Of a DNA stretch of 64,000 nt, positions 36,322 to 46,370 are shown piece by piece (position 1 is the first letter of the stretch; every line of letters begins with the position of its first letter). Where the stretch lies: positions 85,225 to 149,224 of IMG/VR virus record IMGVR_UViG_3300018080_000110. The stretch is one strand, 5' to 3'. This DNA comes from a virus. The notes beneath the pieces are model-generated. The model searched no databases. It was not told where the DNA came from and saw only the letters and a program-made list of their open reading frames with translations. Made by a program: the position numbers and the translations under genes.

Positions 36322-39194
36322 AGAGACCTGTTCAAGAGATCTTCTTCCTCTTCCAAGTCTGGGACATCATCGATTTCCGTAACTCCGCTCTCGTCATCTT
36401 GGTCCGAGAAATCGAAGTTCGCGTCCGTATCTTCGAAGGAACTGATCAATCTATCGTCTACGTTTTCCTCGTCCAGTGTCCTCCCTTGAGGTACATCATT
36501 TTGCGCGATAGCCCGCATTTTCTCCAGTAAATTACCGCCATACGAAGAGGCATCCTTGGTCAACCCAAAGAACTCGGATATCTCTCCCAGGAGCAAGAGC
36601 TCATGAGCCCTGTCCATACCGCGCTCTTGCAGCATGTCCAGAATTGCGTCGATCCTCGGTACCGCAGATGTCGTAAAGTCCTCCAAAATGACCGATAGTT
36701 GATCGTACACATTGTAGAGGTTATTGGCCGCAGTTGTGGCGGTGCCCACTAACGCTGCTGATGGATTCTTGTTGACCAAAAGTGGGTTCAGCGTGCGCTC
36801 TAGCTCCAATATGTCTTCGGCATACTTCGACGTCTCAAGAACGGAAGAAAACCAATTGGACAGGGCGGAAGCAAAAGACGCGTAGGCTAAAGCCCCCCCG
36901 CTGTCGATCTGGTACAGATGGGAAACAAGATCGTTCACCACTTCAGGAGTGACTTCGATCTGGTACCCGTCATCTGTTACCGCGGTAACAGTATGTTGGG
37001 TCGCGTAGGTAGGCCCCTTCAGTGTCAGCACGTCCCCTACCGCCACATCCTCTCTACTAAAGCTCAAATCCTTGCCTGAGCTACGCACTTTCACCCCGGA
37101 AGTGCTGCCTCGAACAGTCCCCGGGGTAAGACCAATCTCCGAGTTCGCAGAAGCGGCGTTCACGGTCAGTGCAGAAGTTAGATCTAAAGTGTCAGAATTG
37201 ATGATCAAGCGATCTCGGTGTATCTCCCAATTCTGATTCTGAGACTCGTCCCCCGTGACTGCGGAAAACGGTCTGCCCACCGTGAGCTCATCGAACAAGC
37301 CGCCCAAGTTCACGGCCGTGATAGGGTACCAGCCGAAGTTGTCCCCATTGGCTACGCGCAACCTGTCGCTCGTAGAGATAGGAGCAGAAATAGTCCCAGA
37401 AGGCAGACGGAGCTTGTAGTCACTCCCGTCCAGTACAGCCACACCACCAGTCCCCGACTGCACGGTCTGTTCATCCCGCTCGGTAGACACACCACTCAAA
37501 GCAGAGATCTCACTATCCAAATCGTCAATGGTGACGTACGTTGATCGATCTTCTTGACCCTCGTAGAAGCCGAGTGCGATCACCGCTCCCTCTTGGGCGG
37601 AAGTGGACGAATCCACCAGCACGTGTGACCCCTCCCCGTAACTGAGAGAGGATACTTTCACGACAGTGATAGATCCAGATACAGTGACAACAGTTTCTGC
37701 AGAAGCGTCTATTGCCGCAGAGGCCCCAGCAATGTCTGCAGCAACCTGAGCTGCTGTCCGCGTAGATCCCGTCGTGAGAGCTGCTACAACTACGGTTGTG
37801 TCATCTACAACGAAACGAATGGAGTCGTTGGCGTCCTGACCCGATGCTTCTTGTTCATCTGTGAACCCTAATGCTGGGTTCAGTGTGGGGTTGGACCCGA
37901 GTACGATCGAATGCCTACCCACGGAATCGTACTCGATGTGTAGACTGCCCCCGACATCCGACGCTGTGGCTACGTCGTCAAAAGTTCCTGCAACCCCGTC
38001 AATGCGCGTTGCGGCATTGATCTCAGCAGCGACCTGAGACGCAGTCCTAGACCCAGATGTGAGAGAGGTCTGGTACCCAATACCGTCCACGTAAATGCGA
38101 AAAGAGTTATCTGGAGAAGCAGGCACCGTGTAAGGCCCTGACCCGGAGCTCGTCATCTCGGCCGTACTGGCCGCGTGTATGTCGTATGACTCGTCGATGG
38201 AACCGATAACTGAAGCAGGATCGTCTGGAGTCAGGGTGACCACCTGCTCCAATCCCTCGTTTACCTCTATCTTGATCTCGTTCGTAGACGGCGTAATGAG
38301 GTACGGAGCAGAAATAGTCGGAGACAAAGAAGCAGCCGTGGCTTCTGAAGCTGGGTAAGCCGCAGCCGCTCTATCAGACGAACTGGAGGAGGACGCCATC
38401 CTAGACTCACGTGGATCTGATATCGACGTGAGGTTAGTGATAACAGACTTACCGGCCTGGATCCTAAGGAAGGCGTCCCTCGTTATCTCGATCGCCCCGT
38501 CCCTTGTCTTTCCGTCAAACTCATCCTTGAGATCTCTGAGGTCTTTGCGGACTTTTTGTACCGAAGTCTGAATAGACAGGAGCGGAAGATTGGCGGATAG
38601 GAATTCGCTCATCGACTCTGTGAGCTTCTCTGCCTCTGAGACCACGGTGACGTGCAAGTCTCGGAGCTCGGCTATGTTCTCCTTGATCGACGATTGCGCT
38701 TTCTGCGGCGGGCGCACGATCTCGTAAGTCTCGGGAAACGACGACCCCGTCGCGCGACGAACATTTGGTGTCAGGGAGCCCGAGGTGAAATTGTCCAGCG
38801 ACCTGCTGTATCTGCTGAACGGTTGATCTGTGATCGCATTGTTGTTCTCGATGGTCCTCTCGACTTCGAGCAATGCAGCCGCAGCATCAGACAAGAGACT
38901 GGTCTGCGTCACCTCTTTGGTGTCCCTACCAACCTCGCCAATACCGTCGATGATGTCGTCCAGATACTCTATGGCCTGCTCGACGTCTTGATTGACGCGG
39001 TTGGCCGCCAGAGAGAGCAAGTAGAAGATGGCACTGGGGTTGAAGACAAGCGTGCTGGCCGCTATCTCTCGTACCTCGCCAAACGTGTAGTTTGTGTCCA
39101 GAGGACCGAGAGGAGTACGCTCGGTCTTCACCTCCTGGCGGACGAACTGGCTTACAGCGTCTTCCAGTTCTTCGTCAGTGAAGTTGGCCATCAA
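36318..39194 (-). CDS. Large structural protein (helical termini, beta-rich repeated core)
   Basis: 958 aa; repeated LT.G..RTA.QVAA.I module. Confidence 0.7.
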   Translation of the reverse strand: MMANFTDEELEDAVSQFVRQEVKTERTPLGPLDTNYTFGEVREIAASTLVFNPSAIFYLLSLAANRVNQDVEQAIEYLDDIIDGIGEVGRDTKEVTQTSLLSDAAAALLEVERTIENNNAITDQPFSRYSRSLDNFTSGSLTPNVRRATGSSFPETYEIVRPPQKAQSSIKENIAELRDLHVTVVSEAEKLTESMSEFLSANLPLLSIQTSVQKVRKDLRDLKDEFDGKTRDGAIEITRDAFLRIQAGKSVITNLTSISDPRESRMASSSSSSDRAAAAYPASEATAASLSPTISAPYLITPSTNEIKIEVNEGLEQVVTLTPDDPASVIGSIDESYDIHAASTAEMTSSGSGPYTVPASPDNSFRIYVDGIGYQTSLTSGSRTASQVAAEINAATRIDGVAGTFDDVATASDVGGSLHIEYDSVGRHSIVLGSNPTLNPALGFTDEQEASGQDANDSIRFVVDDTTVVVAALTTGSTRTAAQVAADIAGASAAIDASAETVVTVSGSITVVKVSSLSYGEGSHVLVDSSTSAQEGAVIALGFYEGQEDRSTYVTIDDLDSEISALSGVSTERDEQTVQSGTGGVAVLDGSDYKLRLPSGTISAPISTSDRLRVANGDNFGWYPITAVNLGGLFDELTVGRPFSAVTGDESQNQNWEIHRDRLIINSDTLDLTSALTVNAASANSEIGLTPGTVRGSTSGVKVRSSGKDLSFSREDVAVGDVLTLKGPTYATQHTVTAVTDDGYQIEVTPEVVNDLVSHLYQIDSGGALAYASFASALSNWFSSVLETSKYAEDILELERTLNPLLVNKNPSAALVGTATTAANNLYNVYDQLSVILEDFTTSAVPRIDAILDMLQERGMDRAHELLLLGEISEFFGLTKDASSYGGNLLEKMRAIAQNDVPQGRTLDEENVDDRLISSFEDTDANFDFSDQDDESGVTEIDDVPDLEEEEDLLNRSL

Positions 39195-39541
39195 ACTCTC
39201 CTAATGAGATCAAACTTGCGCACGTCCCGTGGCAGCAGAGCTAGAGTCTTTGTTCTGATCCTGTTTGGGTCTTGATCTAGAACTTCGCAGATGCTCTGGA
39301 AAGAAGTGAAGCGATCTAATGGGTGCATCTCCATTATTTCACGCTCGTCGAACATCCACTTGAATGCGTCCACAGCTGTACGCCTGTTGACCAACCTTTT
39401 GTCGTTTTTGTACAGAGCGATGTCAAAAGCAGCCCTGCGAATGACAGCTGCCAAAAGTACCTTGACTTGATTGTATTGCGGTCGCGACTCCCTCACGACT
39501 AGCACCGTTGGAACGTCGAACATGTCTGGAAATTTGATCAT
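39191..39541 (-). CDS. Small helical protein (LLAAVI..A...A..W.F...SF..ICE.L..DP..IR pattern)
   Basis: Coupled to neighbours; the motif resembles a widespread small phage/bacterial family of unknown function. Confidence 0.65.
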   Translation of the reverse strand: MIKFPDMFDVPTVLVVRESRPQYNQVKVLLAAVIRRAAFDIALYKNDKRLVNRRTAVDAFKWMFDEREIMEMHPLDRFTSFQSICEVLDQDPNRIRTKTLALLPRDVRKFDLIRRV

Positions 39542-40473
39542 TAGCTCACCGTGATAGAGAGAGGAGTGTACGTGATCCCCGCATCTGGGATTACCACGAT
39601 CGACTCGTCCCTTCTGCTCACGTCGAGCTGGGTCGATCCCGCTGCTAGTCCGGTGATAGAAATGGTGTCGGAGCCAACAGACACAGACGCTACATCAGAA
39701 TCTGCGGCCTCGTATTCGACGTCTTCTCCGGCTGCCCCGTCGAGAACACGTTGGTCTGACCCAACAACCGTCGGGGTGACCTCGACAGTCTCACCAACCG
39801 AGATAGAGACGGAAGTCGGAACAAACGTTACCTGCTCCACTACGGGGAAGAGAAGCTCCACCAGATTCTCAGAAGACGCATCCGGTACAACGACCTCCCT
39901 CTGGCAATCTTCCAGCGTCTCTACCTCAACTGAGTATTCTCCCCCCCTATAGAGGTCTATTTCCAGATATCCGTCCTCGTCTGTACGAGCATGGATATCC
40001 CCCCACATGACACTGTCTCCGTCTACGACAGCAGGCTTGAAACGGGGAGTGAAGATCACGTCCAGGTTCGGATAAGGAGACCCATCAGCCCGTTTGAAGA
40101 AACCGCTGGCGCGGCACAGACGTGGGTCTGTGGCCACAGGACGAGAGAAGGTCTCCCCCTTCACCGTGAAGTCATTCGTTCCGCTCGGAGAGGAGGCAGC
40201 AGGCGTCCACACTTCAATGAGCTGAGGTGACTTCGAGTCGTCCCCGAGACTGCCGTCAAACGCTACACCCACCTTCGACAAACGGATCTGGTACTCGTTA
40301 GGAGGATCGTCCCCATCTAGTGTGAAGTCCGCGATACCGTTGACATCGGTGTAGTCTTGGCTGATGAAGACTACTCCTGCAGCATCGAACACACGCACCA
40401 GTACTTGGTCGATGGGGTCCGCTGTAGGAGTCTGTTCGTCCTCTACGAATATCTGAACAGTTTCACTCGCCAT
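39541..40473 (-). CDS. Virion protein with Ig-like (Big_2) C-terminal domain
   Basis: V...PTSVSISVGET...V.Y...D..VASV....ITG..AG.T. Confidence 0.7.
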   Translation of the reverse strand: MASETVQIFVEDEQTPTADPIDQVLVRVFDAAGVVFISQDYTDVNGIADFTLDGDDPPNEYQIRLSKVGVAFDGSLGDDSKSPQLIEVWTPAASSPSGTNDFTVKGETFSRPVATDPRLCRASGFFKRADGSPYPNLDVIFTPRFKPAVVDGDSVMWGDIHARTDEDGYLEIDLYRGGEYSVEVETLEDCQREVVVPDASSENLVELLFPVVEQVTFVPTSVSISVGETVEVTPTVVGSDQRVLDGAAGEDVEYEAADSDVASVSVGSDTISITGLAAGSTQLDVSRRDESIVVIPDAGITYTPLSITVS

Positions 40474-40538
40474 CTTCGTGTCTCCAAGATGCGTTGAGCG
40501 CGGCGGACTCTACCGATCCTAGAGGAACACTGGGCGAA

Positions 40539-41492
40539 TTACGATCTCCTCGGGGCATAAGGCAAATCCGGCTGCTTGATCTCTAGTTGACCACCGACAA
40601 CCAGACTATCATCCAAAAGATCGAAGGTCGACCCAGTGTCAGGTACTCTGATTCGTCGAACAATTGAGGTACCCACGAATATTACATCCACCAGAGATCC
40701 CTTCACAAGTGTCGTCTCTGCGTACCCGGCTCCGTCAGTCTCGATCGTGATGGACTCCCCAAAGATCCCGTAGTCATCGGCCTTCACTTCATCAAAAACG
40801 TTGACGATGGTGATCTTTCTTTCAGCCAGAGCTACGCCGTCTAGTCCAGCAAGTAGCACCGTGCCCACAATGAGGTTGGAGGCGTCGATTACAGCCCCGG
40901 TATCTCCCTGGACCCAATCCGACCAATCACTGTAGATACCGTTTACTGTGTGCAGATAACGCGTCCGGTAGTAATAGCTCGACAACCCGCTACCGTCGTC
41001 GAACTCGTACTCCTCTACGCCAGCCTGCAGAGCTACATGCTCCGCCTCCCCATTGTCTTTGTCCCCAACCGTGAATCCGAGCTCCGTTAGAGCTGTTCCA
41101 CTGACGATTTCTAGGGTGTACTCCGTGCCGTCGTTGTCCGTCTCGAGCTTCAGCTGCCCTGTACCGTCGTCAGACGGCGTAGCGTCCAAACCGGCTAGGG
41201 TGAGAGCGTCTGCGATCTCGTTCACTACATCTGGAATCGCGACTGGATCTGGGGAAGTGAAGGTTACCGTAACAGAGGTTCCGTTGACCTTGAAAGTGAA
41301 GGTCTTGCCGTTGACGATGAAAGGACCTTCTTCGGTCCCTGTCAGCGCGGCCGGTTGAGCAGTCAACTCTGTCAGGTCCACTTCCGTAGTCGTAGGAGGA
41401 GCCGTGGTAGACCGCTGGACCTCGATTGCGTCGTAGAGCGACATGACATTCGCCAACTCTGCAACGTAGATTTTGATCTTGATGGTGGCCAC
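40539..41492 (-). CDS. Putative virion structural protein
   Basis: GAGGAG RBS; beta-rich with an FN3-like YYYR.R...YSDWS motif. Confidence 0.7.
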   Translation of the reverse strand: MATIKIKIYVAELANVMSLYDAIEVQRSTTAPPTTTEVDLTELTAQPAALTGTEEGPFIVNGKTFTFKVNGTSVTVTFTSPDPVAIPDVVNEIADALTLAGLDATPSDDGTGQLKLETDNDGTEYTLEIVSGTALTELGFTVGDKDNGEAEHVALQAGVEEYEFDDGSGLSSYYYRTRYLHTVNGIYSDWSDWVQGDTGAVIDASNLIVGTVLLAGLDGVALAERKITIVNVFDEVKADDYGIFGESITIETDGAGYAETTLVKGSLVDVIFVGTSIVRRIRVPDTGSTFDLLDDSLVVGGQLEIKQPDLPYAPRRS

Positions 41493-41494
41493 GG

Positions 41495-41677
41495 CTACTC
41501 CTCGTCAGCCTCAATGATCTTGGGCTTCAATGCACTCGGGTCGCTGGGAGCGATGACGTCTCTCACTTGCGGCTTCAGCTCCACGCGCTTGACGATTTCT
41601 GGCTTGTACGCAGGGATGACATCATCTTCTGGCCTGCGCCAGCAAATGAATCCATGCGTCACCAGGCTGATGCTCAT
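41495..41677 (-). CDS. Small hypothetical protein
   Basis: GGAG RBS; fills the gap exactly. Confidence 0.55.
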   Translation of the reverse strand: MSISLVTHGFICWRRPEDDVIPAYKPEIVKRVELKPQVRDVIAPSDPSALKPKIIEADEE

Positions 41678-41689
41678 AGCGTCTCCAAG

Positions 41690-44440
41690 TTAGGGGTTCA
41701 AGGTGACTCTGTACGTATCCGGCTTGCCGACGGCAGTGTACGAAGACTCCATGGTGTACGAGGCGATCAATCCCGTCGTGTAGTTGTCTCCATCAGTGGC
41801 TGCGTCGGCATTAGCCTTCGAATCGTAGATACGGATCCTAGCAGACGTCAGCTGATTATCCGCGTCTAATACCATGTTGTCGATAAAAGCGTTCTCGTGG
41901 TTCAGCCCCAAAACACGGAGCATTTTAGCCACCATATCGGTGGTATCAGCGAGAATATCCTCGATCGTCCCCGTATCTGTAGTGGGATCTGTTTGCGACC
42001 CGTCCAACGCCAAGCGGTAGCGGATCTGTTCCTTCTCCGCCGTTGTCCAGCCTCCCCCAGCAGATCCTCCTTGCCACGTACCAGCACCGTGAGCTGCAGT
42101 CAGAACCACGTCCACAGCGGTCGGCACAGCAGAAATCGCCGCATCCAAATTGTCCAAAAGGGCCGCTCTCACAGCGGTGTACCCCTGTGTATCCAAAGCA
42201 GACTGCACATCGGCTTGACTCAAATCGTTGAGCGCTCCAACTGCTGAGAGCACAGCTGAGATGGCAGCATCCAAATTGTCGAGGAGCGCAGCCCTCACTG
42301 AGCTGTACCCTTGGTTGTCCAGCGCTGTTTGGACATCGGCGACGCTCAGGTTGTTGAGAGATGAGATAGCTGCGTCCAAATTGTCGATCAAAGACGCGCG
42401 AACAGTTGTGTACCCTTGGTTGTCCAAAGCGGTCTGTACATCTGCAATGCTCAAATTGTTGAGCGACGAAATAGCCACGTCCAGGTTATCTAGATTCGAA
42501 GCGCGGACTGTGGTGTACCCTTGCGCAGTCAAAGCGGCTTGAACGTCCGATTGATCGACATCGTTGAGAGCAGCAATAGCAGCCTGAGTCGTGTTGTGCT
42601 CCGCAATCTGGTTGCTCTCATCGGCTGGGTCTACTGGTAGACGGGAATCCACAGCAGCCGTATCCGCTAAGATATCCTCGATGGTGCCTGTGTTCGTGGT
42701 TGGATCTGTTTGCACCCCATCCATAGCGAGGCGATAACGTATCTGCTCACGCTCAGCGGAGCTCCAATCAGTAGTCCCTCCACTTCCTGTTTCCCACGAA
42801 CCGCTACCGTGCGCCGCCGAGAGGACGGAATCCACAGCCGATGGAACAGCGGAAATAGCCCCATCCAGATTATCCAGAAGGGCGGCTCTCACAGTCGTGT
42901 AGCCTTGCGCGGTCATAGCTGCTTGGACGTCTGCCTGGCTCAAATCATTGAGAGCCCCGATAGCGGACAACACGGAAGAGATAGCCGCATCTAGATCGCT
43001 CAAGTTATCCAAGAGCGCCGCTCTTCCCGCCGTGTATCCTTGGTTCGTCAGAGCGGTCTGCACGTCCGCGATGCTCAAGTCATTGAGCGACGAAATGGCA
43101 GCATCCAAATTGTCCAAGTTCACTGCTCTACCAGCGGTGTAACCCTGATTCGTCAAGGCTGTCTGCACATCAGCGATGCTCAAATTGTTGAGGGCGGCGA
43201 TAGCAGCCTGAGTAGTATTGTGCTCTGCGATTTGATTCGATTCGTCTGCTGGGTCTGCCGGCAAACGAGCATCGATGGCGGCCGTCTCGATTGCGATCTG
43301 GTTATCCCTAGATCTGTCAGACGTGGTGTACCCGACCTCTGCAGAATCGGTAACCATACGGCTCATGTCCTTAACGAACGTCACGCCGCTTTCGTCGTAA
43401 GTGAAAGTGAATATCAACTGCTCGATCGCATGAGCGTTTGAGACCGTGTAGGACACTTCGTAACGACCGACTGAAAGCTTCGTCATTGTCGTAGAAGACA
43501 GATTAGCGCTGCGGTCGGTGCCAGACTGATTCGTGACCCCCACAGTGATCGTGTCCGTATCTGGGTCTTCCGGGTTCCCTGACGTGTCCTCCAGATTGAC
43601 GTGGATCTTGTAAACGATCGATCCCGCTGAAGGGATTTCAAACGGTGATGGGGCACTGGTACGGAACCTAGTCACCGCCGCGATATCCGCAATATCAGAT
43701 CGGACGTTGGAGATTGTATCGTCCAAATTATCCAGATTAGCGGCGCGTCCAGGAGTATACCCCTGAGACGTCATAGCTGCTTGCACATCAGCCTGAGAGA
43801 GGTCGTTCAGTGCCGCGATGGCAGCTTGCGTCGTGTTGTGCTCCGCAATCTGGTTGCTCTCGTCGGCTGGATCTGCCGGCAACCTACCATCAATTGCAGC
43901 CGTGTCCGTGAGAATCGCCCCCACGTCCGCTCCATTGAACGGGGTGGAGTCTGCAAGTATTGCGTCACGGACCTCATTAGCACCACTCGCAGCTACTGCA
44001 TCAGCATCCACGGCGTCTGCAACCAGGTCCATAGCGTCACCGGGCGCCGCCCTAGAGCTGATGTCTGCGTCGATGGAGTCCGCCCACAGACCGACTTGCA
44101 CAGCCCCAGTCTGCGGAACGTTTTTGGCATTGCCGCCGGTCTCCTTGATGAAGTAGTGGTAAGCGTCTCCAGCAGCTACAGCATTAGTGATCGACGAAGT
44201 GTCGAAGTCGTAGTAATAGACCCCGGGGGCGTTAGTGGCGTCCAGCTCTGACATCTGTTGGTCGATATCGGTGTGGCCTGACGCCTTGAAGGTATCGTCG
44301 TCGAAGTCATAGAAGTACCCGTCCGAGGCTCTCCAGATCAACAATTGCACTGTGGACAGGCCGGTAGTTGGGCTCGATGGATCTCCATCATGTAGCGGAG
44401 AAGTTTGAATGGTATCGGTGTCACCGGCCTGGAGGATCAC
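41690..44440 (-). CDS. Repeat-rich fibrous virion protein
   Basis: Eight LN.LS.ADVQ.A...QGY...RA..LDNL units plus larger duplicated blocks. Confidence 0.75.
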   Translation of the reverse strand: MILQAGDTDTIQTSPLHDGDPSSPTTGLSTVQLLIWRASDGYFYDFDDDTFKASGHTDIDQQMSELDATNAPGVYYYDFDTSSITNAVAAGDAYHYFIKETGGNAKNVPQTGAVQVGLWADSIDADISSRAAPGDAMDLVADAVDADAVAASGANEVRDAILADSTPFNGADVGAILTDTAAIDGRLPADPADESNQIAEHNTTQAAIAALNDLSQADVQAAMTSQGYTPGRAANLDNLDDTISNVRSDIADIAAVTRFRTSAPSPFEIPSAGSIVYKIHVNLEDTSGNPEDPDTDTITVGVTNQSGTDRSANLSSTTMTKLSVGRYEVSYTVSNAHAIEQLIFTFTYDESGVTFVKDMSRMVTDSAEVGYTTSDRSRDNQIAIETAAIDARLPADPADESNQIAEHNTTQAAIAALNNLSIADVQTALTNQGYTAGRAVNLDNLDAAISSLNDLSIADVQTALTNQGYTAGRAALLDNLSDLDAAISSVLSAIGALNDLSQADVQAAMTAQGYTTVRAALLDNLDGAISAVPSAVDSVLSAAHGSGSWETGSGGTTDWSSAEREQIRYRLAMDGVQTDPTTNTGTIEDILADTAAVDSRLPVDPADESNQIAEHNTTQAAIAALNDVDQSDVQAALTAQGYTTVRASNLDNLDVAISSLNNLSIADVQTALDNQGYTTVRASLIDNLDAAISSLNNLSVADVQTALDNQGYSSVRAALLDNLDAAISAVLSAVGALNDLSQADVQSALDTQGYTAVRAALLDNLDAAISAVPTAVDVVLTAAHGAGTWQGGSAGGGWTTAEKEQIRYRLALDGSQTDPTTDTGTIEDILADTTDMVAKMLRVLGLNHENAFIDNMVLDADNQLTSARIRIYDSKANADAATDGDNYTTGLIASYTMESSYTAVGKPDTYRVTLNP
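41940..43910 (-). repeat. Degenerate coding tandem repeats within the 916-aa protein
   Basis: Recurring DNA words such as gcatccaaattgtc, taccc(t)tggttgtcca and gtcgtgttgtgctccgcaatctggttgctctc. Confidence 0.8.
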
Positions 44441-44443
44441 AGC

Positions 44444-44953
44444 TTACTCCTCTTCCACCACTGAAGCATCCAACAGCAGCTTCATCTCTCCCGTATCAGG
44501 GTCTGGCACCATCTCGTTCGTCAGAAAGTCGTAGAGAGAACCGAAGATGGCCTCCGCGCAACACACTCCCTGTTCCGGGGTGTGGCCACAAAGTCGATCC
44601 AGACCGTCATATGGTTCTACTGTCCCTTCACAACCATCTTCCTGACAAGATCCGCCAGCTACGTTGTGCCAAGTTTCACACGTGTCGCAAATCCCTAGAG
44701 CACGCTCGGACGAACCAGGAGTCTGACCGAAAAAGACCTTCTGGGCATGCGGGTTCCTCCCTTCCTCGATACGGAAATGGATAGCCAGAGCTCCGCTTTC
44801 CGGCTCAGCGTATTGCACTGTGTCCGAGCAATACACGACAAAAATGTCCATCCACCTTGTGCCTAGAAATGGATTGTTCTCCATCTTCAAAGCCACGATC
44901 CTAGCCCTGGCAATCGCGACTGACTGCTTTGGTGTTGTTAATGAGGCATACAT
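44444..44953 (-). CDS. Hypothetical Cys-rich protein
   Basis: CDTC...C....C; overlaps the glycosyltransferase stop. Confidence 0.65.
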   Translation of the reverse strand: MYASLTTPKQSVAIARARIVALKMENNPFLGTRWMDIFVVYCSDTVQYAEPESGALAIHFRIEEGRNPHAQKVFFGQTPGSSERALGICDTCETWHNVAGGSCQEDGCEGTVEPYDGLDRLCGHTPEQGVCCAEAIFGSLYDFLTNEMVPDPDTGEMKLLLDASVVEEE

Positions 44954-46200
44954 GAATTCACCGCCTTATGGTAGACGCCTACGGTCCTTTCGGCAATTTC
45001 TGTCCAACCAAAATCACGAGCTCTCCTCAAACCCCGCGCTCTCAAGTCCGCTCGCGCTTTCTCAGGTCGGAGCTTGACTAACGCTGCATTGACGGCGTCT
45101 GAAGATCTGGCAGGAATGATCTCTGCGAACGTCTCGTCGTTTGATCGAACTATTTCCCCCAACCCGTCCTTGTCGGTGGCGATGAGGGGTGTGCCCATCG
45201 CCATCGCCTCTAACGCCACGATCCCAAATGGCTCATGCGTGCTAGGCATGATCACAGCATCGGCAAGCTCGTACATGTCCTTTAGATCTTGGTCCCTCTG
45301 AAATCCTATCCAGCGCACGCGCTCGGGAAACTGTCTCTCGGCTCGACGCAGCGCCTTCGTCACGTACCAGTCTTCAGCACCTGTGTCTGCATTGACTTCC
45401 CCCGCGATCACAATCTGCCAGTCAACGTCGCGGTCGTTTATGGCTTTGAGAAGGTACTCAATCCCTTTCATGGTCGCGATCCTACCAACAAAAAGGGCTA
45501 CGGGACGAAAAGTTTTGACCTGGTGTTTTTCCCTGGCCAGTTCTTTATTCCCGGCTCCCGGGTACCATTCCTCGAGACTTATCCCGTTGTAGATCATGTT
45601 GGGTTCCTTCCCCACAACGCTCAACGGATAGGTCTCCTTAGCGATACGAACATAAGCCTCTGAACAAAGGATCAATTCAGAGTTCTCGATCAAGAGCTTT
45701 CCTTCTTGGTTGTAGACCCATAGATCCATCTCGTCCCAAGTCTCCTCACCCTCCTGCTTCCAGCCCATCGGCCTGTCGTACACTCTCAAGGCTTTCATGC
45801 ACAGGTGCATGGTGGAGACAATCGGTATCTTCAACGCATCCCTAATGGTCTGCGCCACCTGAACCGAACTCCACTCATGAGCGTGGATAACGTCCCAACG
45901 ATGGCCTTCCGCAATCAATGCCAGCATCGTCCGCATCATCTGTAAGTCGCTCTGGAGAACAGACCTCAAACCAGGCATGGGGGGCTTTTGCGGTACCAGA
46001 TGAGCAAACCTGTGTTTGTTGTACCCGTCGTACTCCTTTGTCAACGGCCCGGGACCCATCGTCAATAGGTCTATCTTCACGTCGTCCCTTTGAGACATAT
46101 GCCTGTAGAGTTCTCGCACATGTCTCCCCATCCCACCAAGAAGCAGCTCGGGGTCCTCCGTACAAATTGCGAGAACTCTCAGCACATCGGACATGTCCAT
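44938..46200 (-). CDS. Glycosyltransferase family 4 (GT-B)
   Basis: GGMGRHV, DVIHAHEW, IYNGI, FVGR...KG and PS.HEPFGIVALEAMA.G.P. Confidence 0.93.
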   Translation of the reverse strand: MDMSDVLRVLAICTEDPELLLGGMGRHVRELYRHMSQRDDVKIDLLTMGPGPLTKEYDGYNKHRFAHLVPQKPPMPGLRSVLQSDLQMMRTMLALIAEGHRWDVIHAHEWSSVQVAQTIRDALKIPIVSTMHLCMKALRVYDRPMGWKQEGEETWDEMDLWVYNQEGKLLIENSELILCSEAYVRIAKETYPLSVVGKEPNMIYNGISLEEWYPGAGNKELAREKHQVKTFRPVALFVGRIATMKGIEYLLKAINDRDVDWQIVIAGEVNADTGAEDWYVTKALRRAERQFPERVRWIGFQRDQDLKDMYELADAVIMPSTHEPFGIVALEAMAMGTPLIATDKDGLGEIVRSNDETFAEIIPARSSDAVNAALVKLRPEKARADLRARGLRRARDFGWTEIAERTVGVYHKAVNSCMPH

Positions 46201-46370
46201 TTCCCTCCTTCAAACCTCCACCCACGGCTGCGATAGAAGTCGGCCCACCGTCCCTCGTTGTCGGTCAACTCATTATCGTCTTGGACAATGTTCCCTTCAT
46301 CGCGACCGCACACGCTGCAATGAACGTACTTATCGGAAGGTTTCCTGTTCCAATTCTTTGAGACCTTCAT
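46179..46370 (-). CDS. Small zinc-finger protein
   Basis: CSVC...GW.....W.CPMC. Confidence 0.6.
   Translation of the reverse strand: MKVSKNWNRKPSDKYVHCSVCGRDEGNIVQDDNELTDNEGRWADFYRSRGWRFEGGKWTCPMC

Noticed and set aside
41940-43910. CRISPR array or DGR template/variable repeat
   Set aside because: The repeats are in-frame coding units varying mostly at synonymous positions; no unique spacers, no adenine-specific pattern and no reverse transcriptase in the window.
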